Shown: positions 1 to 13,188 of the stretch, piece by piece
Layout of the letters: each line of letters starts with the position of its first letter
How positions within the stretch are numbered: the stretch's first letter is position 1
IMG/VR virus record: IMGVR_UViG_3300032167_000002
Location: 280,286 to 338,311 of that record
Strand: one strand, 5' to 3'
DNA length: 58,026 nt
From: a virus
Taxonomy: Duplodnaviria > Heunggongvirae > Uroviricota > Caudoviricetes
Made by a program: the position numbers and the translations under genes
The notes under the pieces: model-generated
Database searches by the model: none
Seen by the model: only the letters and a program-made list of their open reading frames with translations
What the model was told of the DNA's origin: nothing

Positions 1-1
1 A

Positions 2-3000
2 GTTACAACTTCTATCGCAATGTGGCAAATTACTTTAATTGCAATTGCAATTGCTGCTTTAATTGCTGGTATTGTTCTTTTAATTAATCATTTAAATGTC
101 TATGGACAGACGTTAGATAATGCTAATAAAAAATTAGAATAGGCTTCATAGGATGCTGAGAACGCAGCAAATGCTATTGATGATGCAAAGAATGCATATC
201 AAGATTTAACCGATACAATTGAAGATTATCAAGGTGCAAAAGATGCCTTAGATACTTTAATAGAGGGTACAGAAGAGTTTAAAAATTAGTTAAAAGAGGC
301 CAATGACTATGCTCGTGAACTAATGGACACATATGGCATAAAAGGTTTATATAATGCTGAAAGCGGATTATGGGAAATCTCTGACGATGCATTAGAGAAT
401 GGAATGGCTGAATATAATAAAAAATTAGAACAAGCTTATATTGATAATGCAGTTGCTCAAAATGCACTCGCCGCGGCAAAAAATCATCAGGCTTTTGCTA
501 AGTTAGCAGCTGAGGAAGATAAAACTTAGGGTGAGTTTTTATTAGAAAATATGGATAATCAATATTATAATAATAGTATTGGTACATATAGTGATCCTTC
601 AGCAGCGGCTGGAGCTGCATTAGGTAATTTAATTTATTCTTGGATTGCAAGTTTTGGTGATATTCAATAGCAAGAAGATCAAAATAAATAGCAAATCGGA
701 ATTTTAGATGAAGTTTTAAAATATTGGGATAGTTATGATGGTAATCTTAATAAGATTGTAAGAGAATTAAGTCTTGAAGGTATTGATTCTAAGGATGATT
801 TATTAAACGCCCTAGGAATGACTGAAGCTGCTTTATAGGACTTAATGAACACATTATCTTCAAATACATAGGCAATTCTTGAAAATAATAAGTTTATTAT
901 TAATAATGCTTGGAAAGATAACGAAGTATATAGTGACTCAGAGCATAAAACAGCATTAAATAATTTAGCTGCTGCAGAAATGATGACTGAATCACAGCGT
1001 ATTCTTGACTAGTATGACAAATATGATAAGAAACAAAGGGAAAATTTATAGAAGTCGTACGCCAAAAAGAAAGATTTAACTTTTGTTTCTGAAAAAGATG
1101 GAATTGTTGAATTTTTAGATACTGCTGGACAAACTATTAAATTCTCTAATGACAGTATTAAAGCTTTTATGGCTCAAGAGCAAGCTTTAGAAAATGTTGG
1201 CATATCTTTAGAAACTTTTGCAAAGAACTTAGATAAATTGTCTGAAAAAAGTGAGTCTGGAGATTTGACTGGAGCCTTAGCATATTCTCAAGCTTCTGGA
1301 GGAGATATCTCAGATGTTTCAGTAGGATATGCAAACGGTGATATTCAAACTTTTAATACTGTTCAAGATTTACAAGATTATTTAGATATAGATGATAAAG
1401 CTTTTGAAGCTCTGTGGAAATCAAAGGGTTACATGAGTGCAGAGGCTTATTTAGAATCTTTCAATACACAAGTTTCTAGTTTTAAAGATCAAGTAGATAA
1501 GTTAGATATTGCAAAAGGCTTATCTGTTTTTGATGACTTAAGTTTAGGAATTGCTCAATCAATTGAGGCAGCTGCAGATAAAATGAATTTGGGCTCATTG
1601 GGATTGCAAGCTGGTGATCAATATATAGAAGGCCTTAATTCTATGTTGTCATAGATTGATGAAGAGGATCAAATGACTGCATTAGAATAGTTATCAAGAA
1701 TTGATTGGTCTTCTTGGGATGCTATGGAACAAGCTCAAACTATTTTAGCAAGTTTTGGTAAATAGATTAATACCACTGATTCTTACTGGAAAACTTTTAT
1801 TGAAAATATGCGGATAGCTAATGGAGCTTTTCCAGATTTTACTAAATTGCAAACAAATTTACAAGAAATAAGTGCAATTTTAGGTTCTTTAGATTTCGGT
1901 GATGTTATTAAAGACGAAGATTATGAGAAGTTAGTTGCTTATAATCAAGAGTGGGAAAAATTCTTTATTTTACAAGCTGATGGAACTCGCAAATTTATTG
2001 GCGATTCCGCAGAAATGTTAAATGCTACTAGAGAAAATATTGCGACTCAACGTGAAGATTTAGCAGTAAGAAAAGGATTGGTTGAGCAAGTTATTGATTC
2101 TGAAGCTGATTGGAAAATTTCTGCTACGTCCATTGATAAACAATATGGCGATGGTAAAGACGGTAAGCTAAGTAATCAGAATGGTATTAATCATGGCTAC
2201 AAGAGCGGCGAAGATATGATTAATAACATTATGGCAGATCAAACTAAAAATTTAATTGATAATAATGCTGCAATAAAAGAAATTTTAGATAATAATAATT
2301 ATGATGAAACTACTATTAACACTATCCTTCAGGAAGCTCGAGATGGTAATAGAGAGCGTCTTGAGACAATGCTTACATATGTTGATGATTATATGACTCA
2401 AAATTTAGAGACCTCTGAAGAATAGTTAAATGAAATGATGGCATCTACTGCTACTTCTATTTAGGATTTATAGAATTTATTTAGTCAAGGATTAATTGAT
2501 GAAGCTGCTTATGATAAACAATTAACAGTTTTAGCTAATTAGGCTTCTTCTTTAGAAGAGTTAAAACAAATCCAATCTGTTGGTTTAAGTGAAGAGTCAG
2601 GACTCGATACATATGAATATGGCCAAGCTCTTTTAACCTTAGCTGAGAATTATAGTAATTGCACAGAAGAAGCAGAAGAATATTCTAAAGCCTTACTAAC
2701 TGGCAGTGAAACAGAGATTAAAGTTGCTCAAAGCGCATTAGAGGCTGCTGTTGAAGTGGGTGAATTGGCAGAAAAATATGATTTAAATGCAGAAGAATTA
2801 GAAGATTATACAAAAAGATTAAAAGATTTACATAAAGATTCTAATTTAAGTATTAAAGATGCTACAAAATTAGCAACTGCTAATATGCGTTTAGATCGAG
2901 GCGTAAGTAATTTAAATGATAATTTAAATGATTATAAAAAAGCCTTAAATACAACCAATAAAGGTAGCGCTGAGTGGTCTAATACTTTATCAAATTTAAA

Positions 3001-6000
3001 AACAGATTTAGCTGATATAGTAAATGTCGCAGATGGGTCAATGTTAAGTGATCAATTTGCAGAAGATGCTTTAGCTTCTGAAGATTTAAAGTTGGCGCTT
3101 GATGGCGATGTAGATGCGATTTTAAGATTAAGATTAGCCGCAGCAGATGATATTATTGCTAATTTAGATATTGAAGGCGATGAAAATATTCAAACAGTTC
3201 AAACGTAGTGGGAATATTTAAAAGCAAATATGGCCGAAGGAGTATCTGCGGGTAATGTAGATCAATCTGCTTTAATTGATTCATTTAATGAAATGATTAA
3301 AGCTGGTAACATGACTAAAGAACAAATTGAAGCTGCATTAGCTGGATTAAATGTTAGTGCTAATGTTAAAACTAATTATGTTTAGCAAACTACCTCTGTC
3401 CCAACTACTATTACTGATGAATATTTAGAAAAACGGGGAGAACAAACTTATACAGTTGGCTATTAGGAAGATGGTACTCCAATTACAGCTCAATTACCAA
3501 TGTATCGTAAATATACTTAGACTTATAGCGGAGAACCAGTAGAAGTTAATGGATGGGTTCCTCAATATACAATTGAAGGTACTGAAGGTGATGGAGATGT
3601 TACTACAGCTTTTACTTCATTACCTGCTCCTCAAGTAAGTCAATCTTCTACCACAACTGGCAAATAGAGTGGAGGTTCTAAACCAAAGAAAACTTCAGAG
3701 GCTCGCCAAAAAAAATCTGATACGGTTGAACGCTATAAACCAGTAAATGATAAGCTTGATGATATGGCTGATGCTTTGGATGATGCATCTAAAGCGGCCG
3801 ATCGTTTATGGGGTACTGCTCGTATTAATCAAATGGAAAAGATTAATTCGATTTTAGAAGATGAGATTGAATTAATTAAAGAAAAAAGGTCTGAGGCTGA
3901 AGCTTATTTAAAGATTGATAGAGATGATTTAAATGCGGCTGCCGCTGATTTAGGGATTTCTTTCAATTATCAAGATGGCAATATTGCTAATTATGAGTCT
4001 CAAATGACAAAATTGTATAATGAGAGAGAAGCTCTATTAGACAGTTTTGGTGAAGAGATTGATGATACTGAACAAGAAACATTAGATGCTTTTGATAAGA
4101 AATTAGATAGACTTAAAGAAGCTATTACTCAATACGATGAAACTCGTGAATTAATTGAAGATTTAGAGAATGAAGAATAGGATAAACGCAATGAAATTCA
4201 GGATAATAATTTTGAAAAATTAAATTATGCTCTAGAAATTGAAATACAGTTTAATGAAGATGATTTGGCTATGATTGAATATCATATGAATAAAATGGAA
4301 GACGATTTCTATTTAATGGCTGAAGCTTACGCTAAACTTAGTGAATCTAGTTCTATTTATGAAGAAAATCTTCAATTACAAAGACAATACGTTGCTGACT
4401 TAGAAGAAGCTTATAAAAATGGTGAAATCTCTCAAGCAGCTTATATTGAAGGATTGCAAAATGCAAAAGATGCCACTATGGAAAATGCTCAAGCACTAAT
4501 CGACTTAGACCGTCAAATGATAGAGTATTATGGAAATACTTTAGATGCGGCAAATGAAGAGCTAAGTAAATATACTGATAAAATGGAACATCTTACTTCT
4601 GTTTTAGATCATTATTCCAGTATTATGGATTTGTTAGGTAAGAAACAAGATTATGCAGTTATGGGTTCTATTCTAGAGGGATAGGCAAAAACTACTCGTA
4701 ATGAATTAGAAGTAGCACAGGCAACATATGCAATGTACGACGCTGAGGCAAAGCGATGGAAAGAGCAAATGGATAGCGCAATTGAGGGCTCTGATGCTTG
4801 GAAAGTATATAAGGCCAATTGGGAAGCTGCGCAAACTGCAGCTAATGATGCTCAAGATAATATGCTTTCAAAAACTGAAGCATGGATTGAAGCAATGAAA
4901 GCTGTTGTTGAAAATAATATGGCTGAGTTAAATCAAACTTTAGAAGAGACTTTAACAGGAGGCTCTGATTTTGATACGATGCTTGAATCTATGGAGCGTG
5001 CAAGCAGTCTTCAAGAAGAATATTTAACTACTACTAATTAGATTTATGAAACTAATAAATTAATGCGTACCGCACAACAAGAAATTGATAAAACTCAAAA
5101 TACTGTGGCAAAACGCAGATTAACTCAATTTATCCAAGAGACTGAGCAATTATAGAATCAAACTAAATTGAGTAATTATGAATTAGAAATTTAGTAGGCG
5201 AAATATGATTTGCTTTTGGCAGAAATTGCTTTAGAAGAAGCTCAAAATGCAAAATCTACTGTTCGCCTATAGCGTGATGCTGAAGGTAATTTTGGTTACG
5301 TCTATACCGCAGATCAAGATAAAGTTGCTTAGGCTTAGCAAGAGCTTGAAGATGCTCAAAATTCACTATATAATATTGGACTAGAAGGTGCAAACGATTA
5401 TAGCTAGAAATATGCTGAAACAATGCAAGAAATGTATGATACTTTAGCAGAATTGCAATAGGCATATTTAGAGGGTGAAATTGCTAACGAAGAGGAATAT
5501 AATGCTAAAATGGCTGCAGCAAAATAGCATTATTTTGACAAGCTAAAAGATTATTCTAGTCTTTATCAAGTGGCTTTAACCACTGATAGTAGAGTAATAA
5601 ATGATGCATGGAGTTCAGATTTTAATGATATGATTTACAAAACTGGTGAGTTATAGAATGCTGTAAATCAATATACTAAAGATAGTGCAAATACTTTATT
5701 GGGATGGTCAACAACTGTTAAAACTGCGCTAGATCAAACTGGTTTAGATAAAGTTGATAATCAAGTATTATCTATTACTATTGAAAGTGATAAATTAAAA
5801 GAGTCTTTAATTGGAAAAGATGGTAAAGGTGGAGTTGTTAATGCTATTTAGGCTGAAATTACTGAAGTTGGTAATTTAACAGGTGCTTATGCATTAGTTA
5901 GAGAACAAATTCAAGGATTAATTGGAGACCATGAACTATTAATAGGCGAAATTAATTAGACTCAAAAGGTTGAAGAAGAAGCTGCTAAACAAGCAAATGC

Positions 6001-6652
6001 AAATGCTGAAAATGCTACTGACAATACTACTACAAATTAGCAAACACAAAACGATAGTGCTGAAAGTGAAAATAGTGCAGCTAGCTAGTATGATACAAGA
6101 ACTAAGGCAGGAGTCGCTTTAGCAATTATTAGAAATGCAACTGCGGCCGGTTGGGGTAACGGTTCTACGCGAAAAAAGAATCTTGAAGCTAAAGGATTTA
6201 GTTATAATGAAATTCAAGGTTTGGTAAATACTTATTTTGGTAATTCTTAGGCGTTAATTGCTGCTAATGGTATTAATTGGCCTAGCGATTATAGTAAGTA
6301 TATTTTCTCTCGTTTTAATACTGGTGGATATACTGGTTCTTGGGGATCTTATGGTAAACTTGGTATCTTAGATGAAAAAGAATTGGTTTTGAATTAGGGC
6401 GATACAGCTAATTTCTTGGCTAGCATGGAAGTTTTAGAGCGTATTTTGTAGGTTATTGATTTACATAGCATGAATGCGCAACTGGGTGGATTATTATCTA
6501 GTCCTTCTTATGGAGGAAATAATAATGAAACTACAATTGAATAGAATGTTCATATCGAAGCTAGTTTCCCTGGCGTCAGTGATAGAAATGAAATCGAAGA
6601 GGCATTTAATAATTTAGTAAATCAAGCATCTCAATACGCGAATCGTAAATAA
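2..6652 (+). CDS. Tape measure protein, 5'-truncated by the window edge (>2216 aa, code 15)
   Basis: ORF-track fragments 323, 1169, 1808, 2756, 3764, 4265 and 4733 share one frame. Read by eye, the frame has about 43 TAG and no TAA/TGA until TAA 6650-6652. Ala/Glu/Gln-rich helical protein, hydrophobic stretch at the window start, C-terminal FNTGGYTG..ELVLN motif typical of TMPs. Confidence 0.88.
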
Positions 6653-6657
6653 ATTTT

Positions 6658-6691
6658 AGGGTGGGTTATGAAAACATAACTCACCCTTTTT
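6658..6691 (+). terminator. Intrinsic terminator after the TMP gene
   Basis: AGGGTGGGTTATG-AAAA-CATAACTCACCCT 13-bp stem (one G-U) followed by a T run. Confidence 0.85.
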
Positions 6692-6713
6692 CTATTTGGT
6701 CTAAATAAAAAAA

Positions 6714-6742
6714 TTGACTTTTCTAAATTTTTATGATATAAT
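6714..6742 (+). promoter_or_regulatory. SigmaA/sigma70-type promoter with extended -10
   Basis: TTGACT (6714-6719), 17 bp spacer, TG-A-TATAAT (6737-6742), then an AAAGGAG RBS and ATG at 6772. Confidence 0.8.
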
Positions 6743-6771
6743 AGATTAAGGAGAGAAAGGAGATTGGTTAC

Positions 6772-9700
6772 ATGGACAATAATCATACTGATTATTTAGA
6801 GCAGTTGTTTTAGGGTGTAGATATCCTTATTGATCGAAAGCTCAAAGATATATCATTTGATACAACTATTATTTGTACTATTGTTGATGCAAGTGATAGT
6901 AAAAATGGTAGATATCAAGTAACTGATGGTACCGTTCGTTTTGAAGCATATAGTGATAATGATAAATACAAAGTGAATGATTAGGTTCGTGTTTCTATTA
7001 TTAAGGGTGATCTTACAAAAAAGAAATTTATTGTTGGTAAATATGTAACTGATAATTACACTTAGCCAATTACATATGTATCACCTTTAAATACAGTAGT
7101 TAATATTACAGGTAATTTAATTCCAAATGATAAATAGGGAATGAGCATTATTGCAAATGGAAAAATTACTGAAGATGATCCTGACCCAAAACATCATTTA
7201 ATTTGTTGTATTCCATTAGCTGATGGTGCTTTTGCTGATCTTCAAACTAATGGTATTTATAATACAATTACTTTAAAAGCAGATTTTAAAACTTTTTTAC
7301 ATAATTATAATGTAAAATCTGGTACATATGGTTTATAGTTAGATTTAGTTGTAAAACCAAACAGAAATAGTACACGCAAACTTTTAAAAACTGCTTATTT
7401 AGAAAGTTCTGAAATGTTTGGTAATCCATATGCATTTTCTATTGCTACTTAGTAGACAAAAATTTTTGATATTGGAACAGTTGGTATTATTACAGATATT
7501 TTACTGACATTATATCAAGATGGTAATTTTTTTGATATTAATGGAAATAAAATTGAACCTGCTTTAATTGGCAATATTACTGTAGAAAATATTGAGCTAG
7601 GATTTGGTAGCGATTTAGTTGCAGTTGGTGATAACACTTTAAAAATTTATACTGAAAGTGATCCACAATATAAATATTATGGTCATAATCCATATCCCTA
7701 TGATAAAAAATTAGGCTATCCTAATGAAATTAATAAAGTTACTAATGAAAAGCGATTGGGTTTATTGTGGTATAATAAAAATGATTTAAATGAATATTTA
7801 GGTTTTAGTGACGGATTATATGACCCTGATTATGATGAAATAGAATATTTGAATTTAGCAAAAGAAGATACTAGATTAACTGCTTAGATGGGTAGAGAAG
7901 GTATCCCGACAGACCGAGATAGTTTAAATCTTGCTGCTAATCTAGAAGAAGCTATTCCTTTAATTACAAAGGCAATGAAAGTAGTCACTTAGGATTTAAC
8001 AACTACTTTAAGAGCTTTGCGTTCTTAGGTAGAAGGAGTTACTACTTTTACAAATGAAATTGATAAATTAATTGCGCTTGCGGCCGCCGGAGGGTCCGAT
8101 TCTTTAGCTGCCCTTGCCGCAGATATTGATGACAATCTTGAGCTTTTGGAAGCACAATATAAGGGTGTATTAGCACATGGTGTAAAAACTCAAAATCTTG
8201 AATGGGCTAGCGATAGTGAAAAAATAAATAACTGGAATAGTAAATGGGATATTCACTATGGAAATAATATAAAGATTGCTTTTAAAACTGTGCGACAAAA
8301 GATTGAAGCGTTATTAAATAATGTCATTAAACCAGGAGTGTATGGAGATGCTGCCGCATATAGTGGATATGCAGGAGTTTATGACACTTATAAAATACGA
8401 TTGGAACGAGTGCTAAATACTTTGGAAGAGTATTTAGATCCAGAAAGTAAATATGATTTTCCAATTGATGTTTTTAATGGTGTTGATTATAATACTTTAC
8501 AATCTTACAAAAATACAAAAACTCAATGGAAATCTTATATTAAGAAAGATTTAAGTGCTTATGATAATAAGTATTGTATTTATTGGTTTAGATATGATAA
8601 AGATTATGTTAATAATGAAGTTCATTAGTTTTTATCTAACGGTTGGCGTAGATTAACTGAACTTCCTCGCAATATAGGTGTTCCTGGTAAAGGTGAAAAA
8701 ATTGATGGTAAAACTTATAATGCAATTAAACTCGCTCCAGGAGAGGGATTAATTGATGTTATAATGAGATTTAATGAATCTGAAGAAAAATACAAAGCAG
8801 TATTATTTTATAATCATGCAATGTATGAAAGCGATGAGTTAATTTTTACTAACGAAGATCGGATACCCGAAACCGCAAATATTGAAACAGGAGATTTATT
8901 AATCTTTGAACATATTGATAAATCTCGCAATGATTATCAATGCTATAATTTAACTAATTATTTAATGGATAGCGCTGACGCAAGCCATTTACGACAAATT
9001 CGAGTTAAATATGATGGTTTATTATATGGTGATGAAATCCTTGCTAGCGGAGGTATTTATTGGTACGTTCCTATTACTTCAACTATGTTAACTGTTAATA
9101 TTGATGAGCTTATCGCTCATGGATTTGTCACTGATTATGAAATGAATCCAAAACCACCTTATTCAAAAGCTGGATATATTTGTTTTTATAAATAGATTTA
9201 GGGAGAAAAAGATGAGTCTGGTAAATGGACTTTCTTGGATGGTAATGGATTTGATACAAGAGATTTTTGGTATAAAATTAAACCGTACTATGATGCTTCC
9301 GCAAGTATTAATTCTATTAAATGTGAATTTAGAGCTGCTACTGATAATGATATTGTAAGTGGCGAAGAATTTTTTAATTTTGGAGTAATAGGTAGCAATG
9401 GTACTAAATATACTTTATCTATTAATCCTGCTACAAATTAGGTAGCAACTTTACCCACTAAAAATTTAATTTTAGATGTATCTTTAAGAGATTTTAATAA
9501 TGAAGAAATTGATCTCAGTATTGGAGCTAATGGAGTCGGATAGACTTCTGAATTTACTTCCTCTTGGTTGTTTAAATTAAATGGCAATGCTCCTACAAAA
9601 ATTGAAGATGGAAATAAAGTTATTGGTTTAACTGCTTTTGGTGGAAGTTGTGGTATTGTTAAGGCAAGTACGAAATTTCAGTTAAGTGCGGCCGGGGCTG

Positions 9701-12700
9701 CTGAGGAGACTGCAGGAACAGTGAAATATCGTACGGTAACACTAGAGACAGTGCGTGCAATACCAGCGGCTGCAGGAGATTATTATATTTCTGGACCAAC
9801 TTCTATTGTCTATAATAGTTTTGGTACTATTGATAATAGAAGTATGTTTGATAATCCTTATAAGTTATTTGCAATGAAAAAAATAACTTTAGGATCTAAG
9901 ACTTATAATCCCAATGATCAAATTGATGTTAATTGGGATATTGAATATTATAACGCAAATGGTGTACAATTTACAGATGAAAACAATAAAGAGTATTAGT
10001 TTTATCGTAATTATATGCCAATTATTAATGATGCGGGTGGTTTAACTCCAGCTTCATTATATTTGGATAATATTGATTGTTATGCTGTTGTAAAAGCATA
10101 TTCTGCAATTACAAATGATTTATTATGGTCTCAGCCTATTGTAATTACATAGAATCGTTTTGCATCTTCTGTACTCAATGATTGGGACGGTAGCTTGACA
10201 ATTGACAAAAAAAATGGTACAATATTATCATCAATGGTAGGTGCTGGACGGAAAACTGAAAATAATACATTTCAAGGTGTGTTGATGGGTGATATTGGCG
10301 GTAATGCTGGTATTGATCTTGACGCAAAAACTGGATATGGTGTATATGGTTTTAATGATGGTGCCTAGAGTTTTGGATTTAATATTGATGGCACTGCTTT
10401 TATTGGTAAAGCAGGTCGTGGTCGTATTAAATTCGATGGCAATAAAGGTGCGATTACAAGTGCTTCTTATGAATAGACTCGGTTAGATCGTAGTGAACAA
10501 GATGGCGCTATTATTTATGATATTCCCGCAGGCATGAAAATTGATTTGAATGACGGATATATTGATATTCGTGGTGCAAGTTTAGGTTCTGATGGGAATA
10601 GATATAAGTATTATGAAACTGTTTACAAAGAAGATGGCACGACAGAAGCTATTAATAATACTATTGCTAGTAGATATGCAAATCATATTTTATTAAGTGC
10701 TACTGGAACGAACGGATCTACTAATACTAATTAGTATTTTTTAATTGAAGTTCCTTGGAATAAGGATTCTAGTGGTATTGAAGGTGCTTGGCAATTAAAA
10801 CCATTGATTTCTATTGGATTAAATAATTATTTCTTATAGTCTCGAAATTATCGGTCTGGTACCTATTGGATTACTGACGGAGTTGCTAATGATCGAGGTG
10901 AAGGTACTTATTTTGATTTAGTTAAAGGCTATATTGATGCTTTTAATTTTAAATTAACTTCTAAAAATGTAATGATTGATTCTAGTGATGGAGCTACTGC
11001 ATTTTTAGTTGTAAAAAATAATACGAGTGGAAATAATTTAATTTATATTGGTTCTGATGGATATTATTTAAAATCTGATGATTTTGATCCAATCGGAGCA
11101 AATGGCGTACCCGGTGCTGGTATGAAAATTGATTTAAGTACTGGTCACATTCATGCATTTGATTTTGAGTTACGTTCAAGTAATATTATTATTGATGCAT
11201 ATGATAATGATGGAGCAGGCTTAATTACTTTTACTGGAGATAGTGGTACTAATACTTTATCCATTACGAATAATCCTAATGGAATACCAATTGAAATTGG
11301 TAATGCTTTTAAAATTAAATGGGATGGTAGTATTTAGGGAGGATCGACATCTCCCTGGTCTATTGATGCGGCTGGTAATGCTAAATTTACTAATGCTGAT
11401 TTATCTGGTAATATAAATATTAGTGGTAATCTTAATGTTAGTGGCACTGGTTCTATCGGCAATTGGAAAGTTACTTCAGATGGTAATTTATAGAGCGCTA
11501 ATAATAGCGTTATTTTAAATGGTAGTACTGGAGCTATTAGTGGTTCAGCCATTTCTGGTGGTACTATTTCTGGTACTAATATTTCAGGTTCTAGTATCAA
11601 AGCAGGAGAGACATTTAATGTTACTTCAGGAGGCAAATTAACTGCTACTAATGCAGAATTAACTTCTTTAACGGTTCATGGTACATTAGCTGTTAAAACT
11701 ACAGGTAAATTTGAATTAAGTGGTGAAGGTTGGATTTCTGGTCATTTAAAAATAGGTTAGAGTAGTTATAATAATGATTATCATTTATATGTAAATGGAA
11801 AATCTTATTTAACTGGACACGTAGGAATTGGTATTGCTCCAAATGATACATGGGATTTACGAGTTAATGGAAAAACTCGAATTGGTGGTCATACTGGTAT
11901 TGGTACTGATCCAGTTGATGATTATGTATTAAAAGTGAGTGGAGACACTTATATTACAGGAAATTTAGGAATTGGAATTGAGCCAGATAATAATTATGAT
12001 TTAAGAGTTAATGGTAAAAGCTATTTTTCAGGCACTTTATATTTTTCTGATGCAGATACCTATCTTTTGGTAAACAAAGATTCTGGTGGCGGAATGTGGT
12101 TTTATGGTTCGACAATTACTTTGGCTACAAATAAAGTACAATTGGGAGTAGGTAATACAGAATGTTCTACTCTTATTTATCACTATTTAGAAATTCCAGA
12201 AGATACTCATATCCGTGTGGGTAATGTAACATATACATTGCCAAATTATATTGCTGAGTTTGGCGGAGGATTTACTTTAATTGGAGATAATAAAGTAGCA
12301 ATTGCAAATAGTGCTTTAACTTTAGCCAATGGTTCTGGTACAAAATATAGTGTTGGCAGTACTAATTGGCCGGTATACTTTTCTGATGGTATACCTGTTG
12401 CAATTTCTGTAGGATCTGCAGGTCAAGTGTTAGCAACTAATAGTGATGCTACTGGATTAGAGTGGAAAACAATATCATAGGGATCCACTTATCCATATGC
12501 TCCAACATCTAAAGGATCTAGTGGTTACGCTTGGATAGGTAATGGTACTGGTGCCAATGACAGTGGGCCATCTTGGCAATCTACTTATCATAGACATTCT
12601 ATTACTTTATATAAAAGTAGTACTGGGATATTATATGCTGCGTAGAATAGTAGTGGCACTCTCGAACAGGTTACTATTTATACTGGTTATTCTTATGTAT

Positions 12701-12702
12701 AA
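6772..12702 (+). CDS. Large tail/baseplate-associated protein with C-terminal fibre-like repeats (1976 aa, code 15)
   Basis: Fragments 7141, 8146, 8764, 9235, 9568, 10534, 10972 and 11935 are in one frame and joined by about 26 TAG. RBS precedes ATG 6772, TAA at 12700-12702. Contains GVLMGD..GVYGF..GTAFIGKAGRGRIKFDG and Gly/Ser-rich beta repeats. Confidence 0.8.
11740..12030 (+). repeat. Four tandem ~24-aa repeats (G.xGIG..P...Y.L.VNG) in the C-terminus of the 6772-12702 protein
   Basis: GHLKIGQSSYNNDYHLYVNGKSYLT / GHVGIGIAPNDTWDLRVNGKTRIG / GHTGIGTDPVDDYVLKVSGDTYIT / GNLGIGIEPDNNYDLRVNGKSYFS. Confidence 0.85.
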
Positions 12703-12753
12703 TTAGTTAACATAAAAAAAAATAAAAACTGAGATAAAGGAGATTTTTTTCTT

Positions 12754-13122
12754 ATGAAAATGACAAATAATGAAATTTATACTTATACTCGTCAGTTAAT
12801 GGATGCATTCCAGGATGGCGAACAGAAGTTACCTATTAAGATTAACTTCTATCTTCAGAAGAATAAGAATACTCTTCTGAGTTTGGCACAGGATATTGAA
12901 AAGGCTCGTTTAGAAATTGCTCAGACTTATGGTGTATTAGATGAGTCTGGCGAGCAATATCAGATTCCTAATGATAAGCTTGCTGAGGCTAGCAAGGAAT
13001 TAGAGGATTTGTTTAATTTAGAGCAGGATGTTAATATTTCTAAGATTAGTGTCGATGCTTTAAGTGATGATTTGACTCTGACTACTGCTCAAATGGAAGC
13101 TTTAATGTTTATGATTGACTAA
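12754..13122 (+). CDS. Hypothetical protein, 122 aa, acidic and helical; possible tail assembly chaperone
   Basis: AAGGAG RBS, ATG to TAA, no TAG. Function inferred from position only. Confidence 0.75.
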   Translation: MKMTNNEIYTYTRQLMDAFQDGEQKLPIKINFYLQKNKNTLLSLAQDIEKARLEIAQTYGVLDESGEQYQIPNDKLAEASKELEDLFNLEQDVNISKISVDALSDDLTLTTAQMEALMFMID

Positions 13123-13129
13123 TATATGT

Positions 13130-13161
13130 AGTAAGGTGTCAGAAATCTGACACCTTACTTT
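13130..13161 (+). terminator. Perfect hairpin, probable (leaky) intrinsic terminator
   Basis: AGTAAGGTGTCAGA-AA-TCTGACACCTTACT followed by TTATT. Confidence 0.7.
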
Positions 13162-13188
13162 ATTATAAGGTGAGAAAGGAGAACTAAA

